A DNA stretch of 61,225 bases, filler included, from Sphacelaria rigidula (taxonomy: Eukaryota): assembly GCA_964200075.2 (NCBI GenBank). It is 4 parts of 4 records of this genome, joined end to end, with 100 filler letters (N's around TTAATTAATTAA, not from the genome) between each part and the next. Parts side by side here need not be neighbours in the genome. Positions count along the whole stretch, not along the records: positions 30,666 to 45,897 come from CAXNAA020001850.1; positions 45,998 to 61,225 come from CAXNAA020001851.1; 2 more parts are not named here. One strand, written 5' to 3'. Below, piece by piece: positions 38,901 to 50,773 of the stretch. The notes under the pieces were generated by a model, which had not been told where the DNA came from, searched no databases, and worked only from the letters and a program-made list of their open reading frames with translations. A program made the translations under genes and the position numbers. The number at the start of each line of letters is the position of its first letter. Position 1 is the stretch's first letter.

Positions 38901-41900
38901 AGGTCGAAGGATCCAAATTCGCGAGCCACAAAAATCCTAGGCATGAGAAAGGAAGTCTTCAATGCCCAAACCGTTGTCACTCAATATCGCAAATGTGCGT
39001 GTATGCTAGCGTGTGGTGACGTCGAGTCCGATGCCTCGCGTTGATTTGCCGGCTCGAGAATAATTCGTGTGCTGGTGTGTTCGCGATGCTCTCAGGCACT
39101 CCCTGACGGGCGCTATTGATGTGTGCGGGTCGTAGCATGTGGCGTTTCGTCACACCTGATGCCCTGCACTTTGCCGACAAGCGCTATGATACTTTTGGCG
39201 GTTTTATTTTGCTTTTTCAGATCTGGGCTGCGGCTAACATTCGAGCTCGGGATGGATGCACACCTATCGAATCGCTCGACCTTTTGGTGACGCTCCTTCG
39301 AGAGAACGACAACTGCGAGAACACGTTGGCGGATGACTACTATGTGGCACAGGTGAAATAGTGACCATAAATATTCCATACCTTGGACAGCTCATGAGCT
39401 ACCTGAACATTATTTATCATTAGTGCACGGATCCGGATCATGAGCTAGCTCATTTGATCACTTGTTCCACTTTTGCTCCCGATAGCGCTGGACGCAGAGC
39501 ACGCGAAGTAGCTTGAAGGTGGCGCTCTGGCTTCTCGAACACTAGTGTCACGTATCTTGTGTTGTCGGACAACGGATCTGATAGTCCTCTTCGATTAGCT
39601 ATTTTAGGTAGGTCATAAATTATTCGACGATTGAAATATTCAAATAGTGCTAGTGCTGGTGCTAGCACAAGTGCTGGTGCTAAGACGGACGCTAGTGGGC
39701 CATAGGGAATCTAAGCTGGATTTTCTCATGGAACAACACTCCACACCTTCATGGAATCCCGCCCACCGTAAGATCTCGGGGAAATAATATCAACGACACA
39801 ACGTTTGGTGCCGTGACCGCCGCAATATTATGGGATTTCAAGCTTGGTTTATTGTTGCAATGGGTAATATTCTCTGGATGATGACCTACGGTATCGTCAT
39901 TGGAAAGTTAACCGAAAAGTACGTAACTTGGCACGCAGAGCGAGCATGGCCACAATACGTCGTATTGCATGTGTTTTTTGTTACTGATAATGGCCTTGTG
40001 ATGAAGTTTGCCTTCCTGCCCATGCGGCGTAGTATAATATGATCTATAATGTGATGTTAACGTGGAGTGTCTACTTCCCCTTGCAAGCGATGCCGTTGGG
40101 TTGTGGGACTCGTGAATGGATGCTACAGTTGATTTGGTGGTCATGATGCGGACAGTGATGGATGATGACAATGATGTGCTGGCAACGACAGGTGTTGACT
40201 GCTCTAGGGCAACTGTCTACCACGGAGGAGGCTGGATTGCCGCTTTCCTCCATCAATGACGCCATCGCCCAGGTGCTGGATTGTCGTGGTCGACGTTCCT
40301 GCTGTGTCTTGTTCCATATACTGCAGAATAAAAAACGTGGGCGAAAATGATTGATCCCAAGAGCTTGAAACAAGACGCGCTCCTCGACCTCGCAGTACGA
40401 TGGTATTGAGTCGGCTGCTTAGTGCGTGCGTAGTATTTCATCAGCAGCCACAAGAGGCATCTCGCTATATGTCGTGTTCCACCTGTGGCGCATTAACTAC
40501 CTTGGTGGTCACTACAAAGTGGAATCAAATCAAATCTCGCTCCATGTCGAGTCATGTAACAAACTTGAATGAAAAATGACTTGAGAGCGGAATAGCAACA
40601 GGCGGTTCACGACAGAGCCATCTGTTTTTTTCGCTACGAGCGGATACAAACTGTCCATATTTTCCCCAGTCATTGAGGCCGACCGAACAACATATGGCGC
40701 AAGATAATCGCGCAGACGAGGAGAATCATGGCAAGCGAAGAACAAACGAACGAGATTATCATCACAGTCGAATTTTCGACCGTCGAAGGTACGGAATCCG
40801 CCGTTCTCTCGCTCAATATGAAGAACAAGCAAGGCTCCAAGCAACTGGATAAACAACGCGGACCGAACGCAAAGGCATATATGCATCGAAAATGCGAGTA
40901 TTCAATCTCCCGAAATCTTCATAGTTCGACTTGAAATTGAAATGTGGTTTTACCTACTTGTGTCCTGAGTACAAGAACCATATTATGTCTCTTCCGTCCT
41001 CAGGTTCGAATCTGGCGGTCTAGCTCAGGCTGCTACTTTGTTACCTGCACTTGACAAGAGTATATATCAAACGAACGCTTATGCCTCAAGATGAGGAAGT
41101 GGGTGTTTCGTGTTGCTAGTCGTGGTGAAAGGTGCGGACATGTGACCGCCTTCCTTCGGTCATGGTGGAAGAGGTAAAATATGCGGCCGCAACCATTAAC
41201 CCTTTTGGAACTCACGAAAAACGGTATAAATTCCCATATTCCAGCTTTCGTCACCAGAAAAACGTCACTTTGAGTCCGGTGCACGGATCTATCACATTAG
41301 TATACGTGAACTTAGAGTAGGGCACCGTTTTGGCGGGCTGCATCATCAACAGTTGCGGGAAAACAAGCGTATCTTTCCCAAGAAAACGTCAATGGTAAAT
41401 CGTCACTTTTCCATGAACCGTTCCATAAGGGTTGACCGCCATGGTACACATTGCGAATAATTTCCAGGCGCGAATCTGGCTGGACTTGGATTTGTTGGGA
41501 GTGGCCACCGGGCGCAGTGCCAAAAAATCTGAAACGAGGACCAAGAGTCACAATGGAGTGGTGTCGGCATGTGCGCTTCAGTGCCTCTGCCAACTGGAGC
41601 TTCTAAAGGGTGGCACGTGAGTTTCATGATGCCCATCATATGGTTAACGTGTTCGTTATATCGATTTCTGTGAGGGCGTTATTTTAGCCGGAGAAAATGT
41701 CGGAGGGGCCGAGTAGATCCGTTTATAATAGTTCACTTTTTTACATAAATCTTGACGAGCGGGCGAGACACGCTGTTGCTGGGCATCTTCCACGGACACT
41801 GTTGGAAAATGTGCGATGCTTCCTCCATGGAATTTGATATCGTGGACATATGATCGTTCTCACATCTGCTTGGATATGTACGTCATGGCGGCGGTGAACA

Positions 41901-44900
41901 GTACCTAACGGCATGAGTATAAGCGGCACGTGTGACAATCTGTGCTGCCTATCTTGCCCAGGACAGGGGGCGTGTAGCTTATGGCTTCTCACTCGAAGTA
42001 GGGTGTGTAAATCGTGTGGGAACGCGATGTGGCCCTGTAGTTGGCAAGCCTTGAAGATCCAGGGCTTGGGACAGGGAATAGACTGATAGACTGGGGTCCG
42101 GTGTTGCCGCACCCAGATCGTGTATCATGACAATAGCCCAGACTTGGGATTGAAGAATGACAGGCCCAGGGCTGATAGCCCCGGGATGACAGCCGACAGC
42201 CCCGGGTTCATTAGTAAGCGAATCGGGCCATACGGAGGGGTTGTGAATCACATGAGCATGATTTCCATTTACCGACCCATGTGGGAAACCACGATGACAG
42301 ACGTGAATTGACTGGTAGCGCGATCCTAGAGTTCGGCAAACAAGTCCCCTGCCGGCAACACTGAGTTATCACTGTGCGGTCTCGTTCCATCGGCTTTTTG
42401 CTCGCTGCATGTGCTGCTTTCAGGTAAGGGTTGTCTTTGGTGTCAATGATGTGTGTGTAGGCTGGTACTTCTTGCACTTTCTGCGCTTTTTCTATTGCTG
42501 ATTCTGTTGTCGCTGCTGTCTCGGGGGGGTTGTTGACGTTGATGTTGCTGCTTCTGTTGCTACTGCTGTCTGTTGTGCGATCTGGCTGTTGATATCGTTG
42601 GTTCTGTGGATTTTCAGGCCTGAGGTGGACTACGAAGCGTTCACTCATCGACGACATCCTCTTGCGGTCCGAATAACTGCCATCCAGAGCATGATTCAGA
42701 TCTACCTTGCTTATGACAGAGGTGAGATCCCTCGCCTGTAGCTAACCCTGAAGGGACCTTGCGCCTAGCTGTTGCAGCTCAGTGCTGCTGTTCTGTACCT
42801 CGCGTATGATGTGGGAAAGCCGAAGCTCCACTCATACCATTTCTAGCTTGAGGTTTGGATCACGGTTGGGTTGGCTCATCGGTTGCGTGTTCAGGCGTGT
42901 GGAGACTCGTGGCGCGCTTGATCACCGCAGGATTGCAGAGCTGAGTGTTGATGCACCGTGAAAATGATTCCATGGTCTTGTGGTCTTTTCTTCAATCCTT
43001 TTTAGCGATATTCCTTGCTTTTGTTTTTTTTCTCCTGGATATTATTCCCGAAAACGTCTTGTCGGACCTTGATATTTCGTTTCTCAAAATATGCCGTGTA
43101 TCCCGTCTACTGCAGTCAAAAAACAAAAATGCTCGACGCACTGGTGACTGTTTTCCCGCCGTACAAATATGCCCAAAAAGGGGAGCACCCTGCGTTTCTT
43201 GTTGTTCCGCCCTTGTTCGTCCCCCTTTGTTGCTGGCGACGTGGTTGGTTTATCAGGCATAGCCAACGATGCACCGGCGGAAGGGTTGAGTTGTGCGTTG
43301 CTGTGGGTGCTTGACTTCGTCGAGTCGGAGATGTTCGCTGGAGATACCCGTCCGCGATATTGGGCCATTCGATGCCTCCTTGATGCGGTGGTAAGAACCA
43401 AATTACTCGTGCTGTGTGTGGTCATATCATGTTTGGGGGCGGAACCTTCAAATTTTGATTGTACGTATGTGGCCTGGTGCTGCTTCGATTTTGTGAACAT
43501 TGAAAAAGAAACACAAGGGCAGAGCACGGGCACCGACGCAGGCGCTGCCGTCACAACTCTCGCGTTGTTCACCACAATCAATGAGGACCGGCGCATCTGC
43601 CCATTCAATGTTGTGTGTTCGTGACACGAAGAGCCAATCCATTGTTTTTGGGTGCTTCTGGATATTAGGACACGGCGAAGAACGCGCCCGAATATATCGA
43701 AAGACTCGCTTCGTAAAATAGTGCTTGTTGTTACGACACGACAGGCCCTCCATAGGCTAAGTACACTGATTTTAGTGTGCGCTAGTCAGGGTACTTTGCC
43801 CAGTAGCACTAGTAGATATGTGTTGGTCGCTTGCCATGAACAGGTCTTCCTGTTCTGCTGTGCATATGACATTGTTATTTTCCATCATTCTATTTGTGCG
43901 CCTACGCGTTGTATTAATAGGAGCGAAGACCTCTCGTAGCATCCCACCTGGCGCGATTTCAGACAGACGACCCACTGTTGGGAGAGTGTGATCCGTGGGC
44001 GGGGCCGGAGTTCTTCACCCCAAGAGGGCCTGGGCGAGCAGCGTACCGAGCAGACGGCCCGATGCCCAAGGAATTCCCCAGGGTAAGATACGACAACCGC
44101 GCGACCTGATCGATCGGGAGACAAATGGTATCGAGGCTATTGGTCACATCAGTACCCATGGCTTTCTCGAGGGAAGGGGTTGCCTTAGACCGTAGAGTGA
44201 CTGTGTGTTGGGCACCAAAGGCCTCGCAAGTGAGAGGCGTCCGTTTCTCCCTTTGATAGCTAGGCGCTGGAGATGTATGTATGTGTGTACCGCCCGGCAA
44301 GTGAGTGACAAGAACGTCAAGTGACGTTCATTGTCTCGCGTTGGCTCCTTCTCACGAGACTGAAACGTTGTTACCGCTATGCCAACGTTTTCCTGCTCAG
44401 TTGGTGCTGTCATTGGTGAGTGGTGTCTGCTGTGAACTTGATTAATGTTGTGAGGGGTGTTACCTTCGAAACTCTGGTGTCAACTTTTGCCTCTTGTGGG
44501 TGCTGCTGTGAAGACCGTTTGTCGATTTTCAAGACTCTTTTATCGTGCCTATCATTGACAATTGGGCGGGGCTGCGCTAGACGGGATTGTGGTCCGTCCC
44601 GGCGAAGAACGGCTACATCATCCGTGATATTGTTGCGCCCTGGAGTATGTAGAATCCGGCCGCGAACTACTCGCTATACTCCATATCCGGTGGCAGCATG
44701 TGGCCGAAGTACGAATCGATACAGAATGGTTTACGCAGCTTTTTGCAGGGCAGGCGCAGGTTAGGCTGACATGCTGAGGAACTTTGTTCCATGCCCGCGA
44801 GATCTTGAAATGAGAGGTGTTAATGCTGCGTACGATGAGAACTTCAAAATTGCTTGCGGTAAGAGTCCGGTACGGGTGCGGGTATGGACAATTTTGGGGC

Positions 44901-45540
44901 GGGTGCCCTGAAATATATAGTATTTTTGGCAGTCAATAAACCCGGGTACCTTGGAATACTCTTCATATACCCTAAACAGTCATATTTCGACTTTTTTTCA
45001 ATCGTATACTGACTTTGAGCGATCGCAGCAACCAAGTGTCGAAACACTACGGCATGCACACATGTAGGGTTCTGCCCGATGGCATGGAGGCTTGCATACG
45101 TCGGACAGCTCATGAGCTACCTGAATATTACTTCTTGTTAGAGTACTGATCCGGATCATGAGCTAACTCATTTGGCCACTATTTCCGTATTAGCTCTCGA
45201 CCGCGATGGACGCCGAGCACGCGATGTAGCGGGAAGGTTACCCTTTGGTTTCTCGGACATTGCTGTCACGTGTTTCTTGTTTTTGTACATTGAATCTGAG
45301 AGTTTTCTTCGACTAGGTATTTCAGGTAGACGTGTGGAAGCTTGCATGCTTGACTCACATTGCCCATGCCTCGTTCGTTCAGGAGTGCAGTGGTCATTAT
45401 TGAATACTCCCCGTCGCCCGCGAACGTATGTGTCACTTGCACGTTGTGGCTTTAAGGCGAGCGAGGTGGCGGAGCGGCTTTGGTGGCTCATGACAAGGGA
45501 TACGGCCTTTGACCAAGGCCTTAGACATCTTTGCTTCCAG
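32914..45540 (+). CDS. TAF2: Transcription initiation factor TFIID subunit 2, partial; exons 32914-33065, 35457-35615/35621, 35912-35995, 36456-36530, 37564-37740, 39221-39352, 40192-40272, 41468-41616, 42618-42721, 43257-43390, 43921-44082, 45457-45540
   Basis: All junction phases are compatible. Spliced motifs follow TAF2 order: PVLWVKVDP, WVEQLFSDESVEAQ, VRQEAAVALA, LPNWF...EYRLKKAL, TP..LDLLV.LL.ENDN..N.LADDYY, SHNGVVSACALQ, VRITAI, VAERLWWLM...FD..LR. Recognised from recalled family sequence, not a database search. Confidence 0.9.
33675..34450. repeat. TTCA/ATTG/ATCG tetranucleotide-rich region containing an inverted duplication
   Basis: (TTCA)n runs on the left and (TGAA)n runs on the right. 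Complex core ~34060-34139 is inverted at ~34290-34368. Confidence 0.85.
38240..38360 (+). mobile_element. Degenerate SINE-like repeat copy in a TAF2 intron
   Basis: AGTCGACGCGGTGCGGGACTGCTGA...TTGATCTCTTGAGAC matches the copies at ~59500 and ~60930. Confidence 0.55.
39385..39615 (+). repeat. Dispersed intronic repeat, copy 1 (copy 2 at ~45103-45330)
   Basis: GGACAGCTCATGAGCTACCTGAA...ATCCGGATCATGAGCTA.CTCATTTG...GGACGC.GAGCACGCGA.GTAGC is shared in direct orientation. Confidence 0.75.
45103..45330 (+). repeat. Dispersed intronic repeat, copy 2
   Basis: Collinear with 39385-39615. Confidence 0.75.
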
Positions 45541-45729
45541 GTTTGTTTTCGGCTGCCAGGCGTTTAGTTCAACAGTTCCGTTTTTTTTTTCTCATCTAAA
45601 AGCTGGAATCTTGGGATTTCCTTTACACACTCGCTTCAAAGCTTGAACGAGAAGGGCCGCAAGTGAAGGGCATCCTAGTGGGCACGAGGTCATGGCTCAC
45701 ATATCTCGAAATGCGAACGGTGATATCCT

Positions 45730-45897
<168 letters not shown>

Positions 45898-45997
45898 NNN
45901 NNNNNNNNNNNNNNNNNNNNNNNNNNNNNNNNNNNNNNNNNTTAATTAATTAANNNNNNNNNNNNNNNNNNNNNNNNNNNNNNNNNNNNNNNNNNNN
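45898..45997. other. Artificial contig-joining spacer
   Basis: N44-TTAATTAATTAA-N44. Confidence 0.97.
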
Positions 45998-46903
45998 ATG
46001 GGCACACTCCCCTTGGTTAGACGATTAATACGATATGCGGGTCACGGCCCAACTCGTCTGTGTCGATGAGATATTGCTTCTAGAGCTTAAATCCGTTTTT
46101 AGGCTGGCCCAGCTCGTGGGATGTGAGGTCAATGGTCTCATGACTATGGCATGCATGATCATGAGTATTCCCCCCCCCCCCCTGTATATTCGTGAAAGTA
46201 CAGTACGGGAGTTCATTTTTCCGATGAAGTTCTCACGGTGATCGCTTTTCTTCACGCTATCTTCACCGTTCATGCGCCACCAGCCGTGTTCAATACAAAA
46301 GTACTCTTCAGAAAAACCTCCCTGTAACGTTGATACATCTACTCACTCCTACACGCCGTTACCAATAGCACCCGTGCGAGACACCTGCCGCTCCTTGTGC
46401 ATGATGCAACACGCTGCCTTATCTGCCTTCGTAGGAGCGCATACACTTTTTCGTGGCATATCATCGTTTCCCACCTCAGCGAATTTCGCAAGGAATTTGA
46501 ACTAGAATCCGTCTCACTTGCACGTAATATGCCTCATATAAGCATGATTTTTGTCGAAGGCGGCACCATTACTTGTAGACGTGTGCACGAGCAACTTCCA
46601 ATTGAAGCTCACGAAATCAAGCTAGATACTTCAGATCTGTCACACTAATTCTACGGAGTTACACCAGCACGATTTTGGTCACGAGTGTAGAAAAAAGCGC
46701 CAAAAGAAGCACCACCAACCCAGCAGGCCAGCGATGGGACAGAATACAACGGATGCACACCACGTTGCCTCTTCGGCTACAGATTCCTACAGACGCATCA
46801 GCAGCCCCTTCTCCACATTTCTGCTTATTTCCGTCGCACTCCGTTCAACCCTCCCACAAAACCAAGGAGCAGAACCAGAGAGAGACATTGATCCTCCACC
46901 CAC

Positions 46904-49900
46904 CTGAAGAATCACGTTTTGCATGGCAAAGTCCGTCGTCACGCAGCCTGCGCGGCACTTACTCCCCGCCGCCGCACCGGGCGCCGCTCCCTTGTGTTGA
47001 GATTGCGAAGGTCCATTCAGCCCCAGCCCAGCCATCCTACGACTCTTGATGTTGGACGGGTTGACCCAGCCCTCTCCGTCATCCTCCTGTCCGGCGCGAC
47101 CAGTCACCCCGAACCCCGAGGCCGTGTTGAGAATACGAGACGACCCCGCCGCCGCACCATCCGGTCGCGCGCGTATTGCCTGTGCTCCCACTCCCGATAA
47201 CGTTTGCGTCGGCTCAGGGTCTTCATGGGGGATCGGGGTCGCTGCTGCCGGTAACGGCGTTGGGTCGGCCTTGACTGGGGCCTTAAATGGCGCTGGATTC
47301 GATCGCGCCATCAACGACCACGATGACGCTGACGCTGAAGACGTGGAGACGGGTTCTTGCGCGGTCGACGCGGGGGCGGTGGTGTCGGAAACGGGAGTGG
47401 GTGCTGCCGTTTCCACTTTGCCCCCGAGAGCTGGAAAATCATCAGCAGTGAATGAAGCCTTCTCTGTCACCTCCGTGCCTGTTGGTGCCCAGCACACTGC
47501 TAGCGGCTGTTTTTGTGCGCCTTCCTGTTCGGTCTGTCCAGACATCGCGTTTTCTGGTTCCCAATCGTCGTCGTCGTCGTCGTCATCGTCATCACCTTCA
47601 TCATCATTGTCATTGTTAGTTGCATCGCCTTCTGCACCCTCCTCAATCCCGTTTTCCTGCTCGGTGCTCTCCTCCCCTGTGCTTACGTTCAACGGTTTAT
47701 CTTGCTCGTTCTCCGCTCTACCTTCGCTATTGCCATCGCCTCCCGTCACAGTCTGTCTCTGCCCCTCCATGTTCACCTCAATTACACGCATGCTCTTCAC
47801 TTCGCCGCCAACTTCACCCGCTGATGCTTCTGCCTGCACCACATCAGCCACCGGAGCCGGCGTCGCCGCCGAAGCTGCAGTTCCCACTTTCGTCTCCGCC
47901 TCGTCCGTGCCATTTATTACATTCGCTGTCCAAGCCTGTTTGACCTGGTCACATAGCGATTCCATACCACCGTTGGAGGCAGAACTACCTTCTTCGGTAC
48001 GCTCGCTCATTGTAGCGTGACCCGCGGGCTGAGCAGAAACGTCGGAAGTCTTGGGGGTATCCTTCTTGGCAGCTGCCACGGTGGTGGTGGCGACCTCCTT
48101 ACCCTTAGTGTTCACCTTAGTGCCCTGATGTACGGGTAAAAGAACGCCGTTGGGTGGTGCGGCGAAAGCCAGGACAATGGGGACTCCGTGCATTCTTGGA
48201 ACAAAATGGAATGCAAGCACCGGGGAAACTAGGCACTGTGGATCTACTTGATCCCACGTACCTATTGACCAGATAACGGCACAACAGAACGGTTGGTGGC
48301 TGGCCGTTGTCGACATCGAAAAATACAAAAAAAACGGGGTCGGAATTCGGCGCCGCGAAACAGTCCATTTTCCACCACCTCCCGTCTAGCCCCGAAACTG
48401 AAGCTCACCGGTTTAACTGGGCTGGTGCGTAAGTGTGCAGCGCCGGTCTCTTGCCTCTCCAGCATGTAAGTCAGGGCGATGACTTTGAGATCCACTTGCG
48501 AAAGAGCACGTAAATCTCCCGTTTGCCGAGCAAAGTTTGCGGCTGAGGGAGAAAGAGCCAAAACGTATGAGCGTATGGAGGAGACAAATCAAAAATGGGT
48601 AGAACATCTCTCAGTTCGGGCGCCGCACACACGCTCTTCCCTCCTTGTTATTGGGCTGGAAGTGAACAGCTTCCACATTATCCCGAGACAGCCTAAAGGT
48701 AATCTTGATGCAACAGCAGCAGCTGCAGGAGTGACCAAATCCACATCGACACACGTCAGGGGTATTTTCTTGTTCTGGTTTCTGCAGGGGATGAGGTGGT
48801 TCCCGGACAACTCAACAACTCGATTACTTTAGATTTTTGTAGATCAGTTCGATATTTTTACTCACGGGTGATTTTCTGTCAATTTTTCAACGCAGTGTAC
48901 AGCCTTTTTGTATCCCGAACTTGGCTATAGACTTTTCACCACTTCCGCGTGTTTTTCAAGACATGCCACGCCTGGGGCCAGGGTTTGGACGTATAGCCTC
49001 AACATCCCGAGCGCCCGCTCACAGTCATATTTCAAGTGAGCATGATGTCGATTCAATAGATGAACACACCTGGGGGTTCGAAGGGTCAGGAGCGTGAACA
49101 GCGAAATGAGGGAAAACCTATCAATACAGTATTCTGTTCGAACACCGTAAGCTTTGGCCAACCATCCACGTGACGGCCGTTTTTGTCGTGTTGCTTTTCA
49201 TGCTGAAATCCTTCGACTGTACGTCGGCCCTAGGGGGCCTCAGTCATAATTCATCCCACGACAAGCAAACGCAACCGACTTAGCACGTGCGCAATATCCT
49301 ATCAGGCACTTTACCGGCATAATCTGCTTCGTGCAAACAACGCGAAAGCTTGGCGGATGGAGCGATGCCTATCTTGCATATGAAGCAACGACTGTTTCGC
49401 ATCTGCAGCTCTCAAAATTTCAACAGCTCGCAGCAACACTCAAATAAAACTAACCGAACTTAATGGCCTCGTCTGACGGTTCCTTGAGCTTGAGCTCGAA
49501 CGGCAAGGTGTCGAGGTTGTGGCGAGCCTTTTTGTCCCTGATCTCTGTGATAACTTCCGGCACCGTCCAGAAGTTCTGCGCGCGTGCAAGATACAGTTAA
49601 CGTGGGATGTGGTACACCCATCCGGGTGAAACAGCGTCACCGCATTAGAGTATGTCAGTGTCAGGTATTCCGGTGTTAGATACATTAATTTTGATTAGCG
49701 CAGAGAGTACAATCGCTTGTGACCCCGTGAGATGAACCATCAAATCGTTAGTGATGGGTGTTCCATGCAGGTGAAACGTGAATCGCGAAGTGGTATGATA
49801 CACACTCCATGCAACAAGTGGCAGAAGGCGAACACAGGAAGCGCAAAACCGATCGAATACAACACCCTCGAAACCGGCGGTGGCCACGCTGCCAGAAGTT

Positions 49901-50603
49901 GTATTGTTGGGTTAAAATCGCCAATCACCTTGGATCCAACGGTATGTCGAGAGCGAATAGTGTTGCTTCTCGAGAACTAGAGGAGGGTGTTATACTCCGT
50001 ACATGGCGACGACGTGCGGGACTGTCGCAAGACCCGCTTCGAACACAAGCACGACCTGGAGCAGCAATTTTAAAAATTCAACTGCCCACACAGACATTAA
50101 ATCTTGCAGCTGTAAGCTGTCACTAACAGCACATATGCGTCTTGTCAAGAGTAGCAGCAGAGAGGCGGGCACATCTTGGATCAGCAAAAATATTCGTGCA
50201 CGACTCATCCAAACAAAATATCCATGTGCCGGTCCTAGCCACTCATGCAACAAATCTCAAAGCCCCGAACTTCAGCTGTTTGCTCACTGGAAATCACCTC
50301 GGATGCAGCGGCAAGGGTCATCGCAGCGCCCTTGATGATAGCCGCCGAGTCTACAACAAGATGCATGAGCTTTCCGCCACCGCCACCACCACCACCACCG
50401 CTGCCGCCGACGCCACGAGTACCACTATCGCCGCCTGGTTCGTTAGACAGGTTGCGTCTCGGCTTTTCTTTCGTCGTTCCCTTAGCCTGGTGCCCATCTT
50501 GCTGCTGCAGCGGTGGCCGGACTTCTTTCGCCATGACATCTACGGCATCGTCAGAAGGACACTTGGGCTGCATGGTGGACATATCTGCACCTGACTCCGA
50601 CAT
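46904..50603 (-). CDS. NOB1: 20S pre-rRNA D-site endonuclease NOB1 (PIN domain), 3'-incomplete (Zn-ribbon exons not found); exons 50603-50298, 49575-49455, 48542-48409, 48124-46904
   Basis: Spliced translation gives HLVVDSAAIIKG, FWTVPEVITEIRDKKAR...LPFELKLKEPS, FARQTGDLRALSQVDLKVIALTY, DDGEGWVNPSNI and CVTTDFAMQNVILQ, which are NOB1 motifs. GT-AG junctions with phases 0, 1, 0. Confidence 0.95.
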
Positions 50604-50773
50604 ATAAGCTCGTCGTGGTGTGTGGTATATGGCACGTGCGACTGGTGTACACGAGTGATTCAACGAGGATACCTACTCTTTTTCTAAAGTCATAATCCAA
50701 TCTAAGCCAGAGACGACGGTGCTGCGTTGAGAATCGACAGTTGAGCAGAAGTCATACGCATAACATTGTGAAA
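50604..50773. promoter_or_regulatory. Probable bidirectional promoter between NOB1 and the F-box gene
   Basis: Only ~170 nt separate the divergent predicted start codons (50603 minus, 50774 plus). Confidence 0.5.

Noticed and set aside
44260-44274. 15-nt TAF2 micro-exon (LGAGD) between 44082 and 45457
   Set aside because: Phase-compatible but too short to support without RNA-seq.
46025-46780. NOB1 pseudogene lacking the Zn ribbon
   Set aside because: Exon 4 ends at a normal donor and the contig ends ~900 nt later, so the missing exons are probably on another contig.
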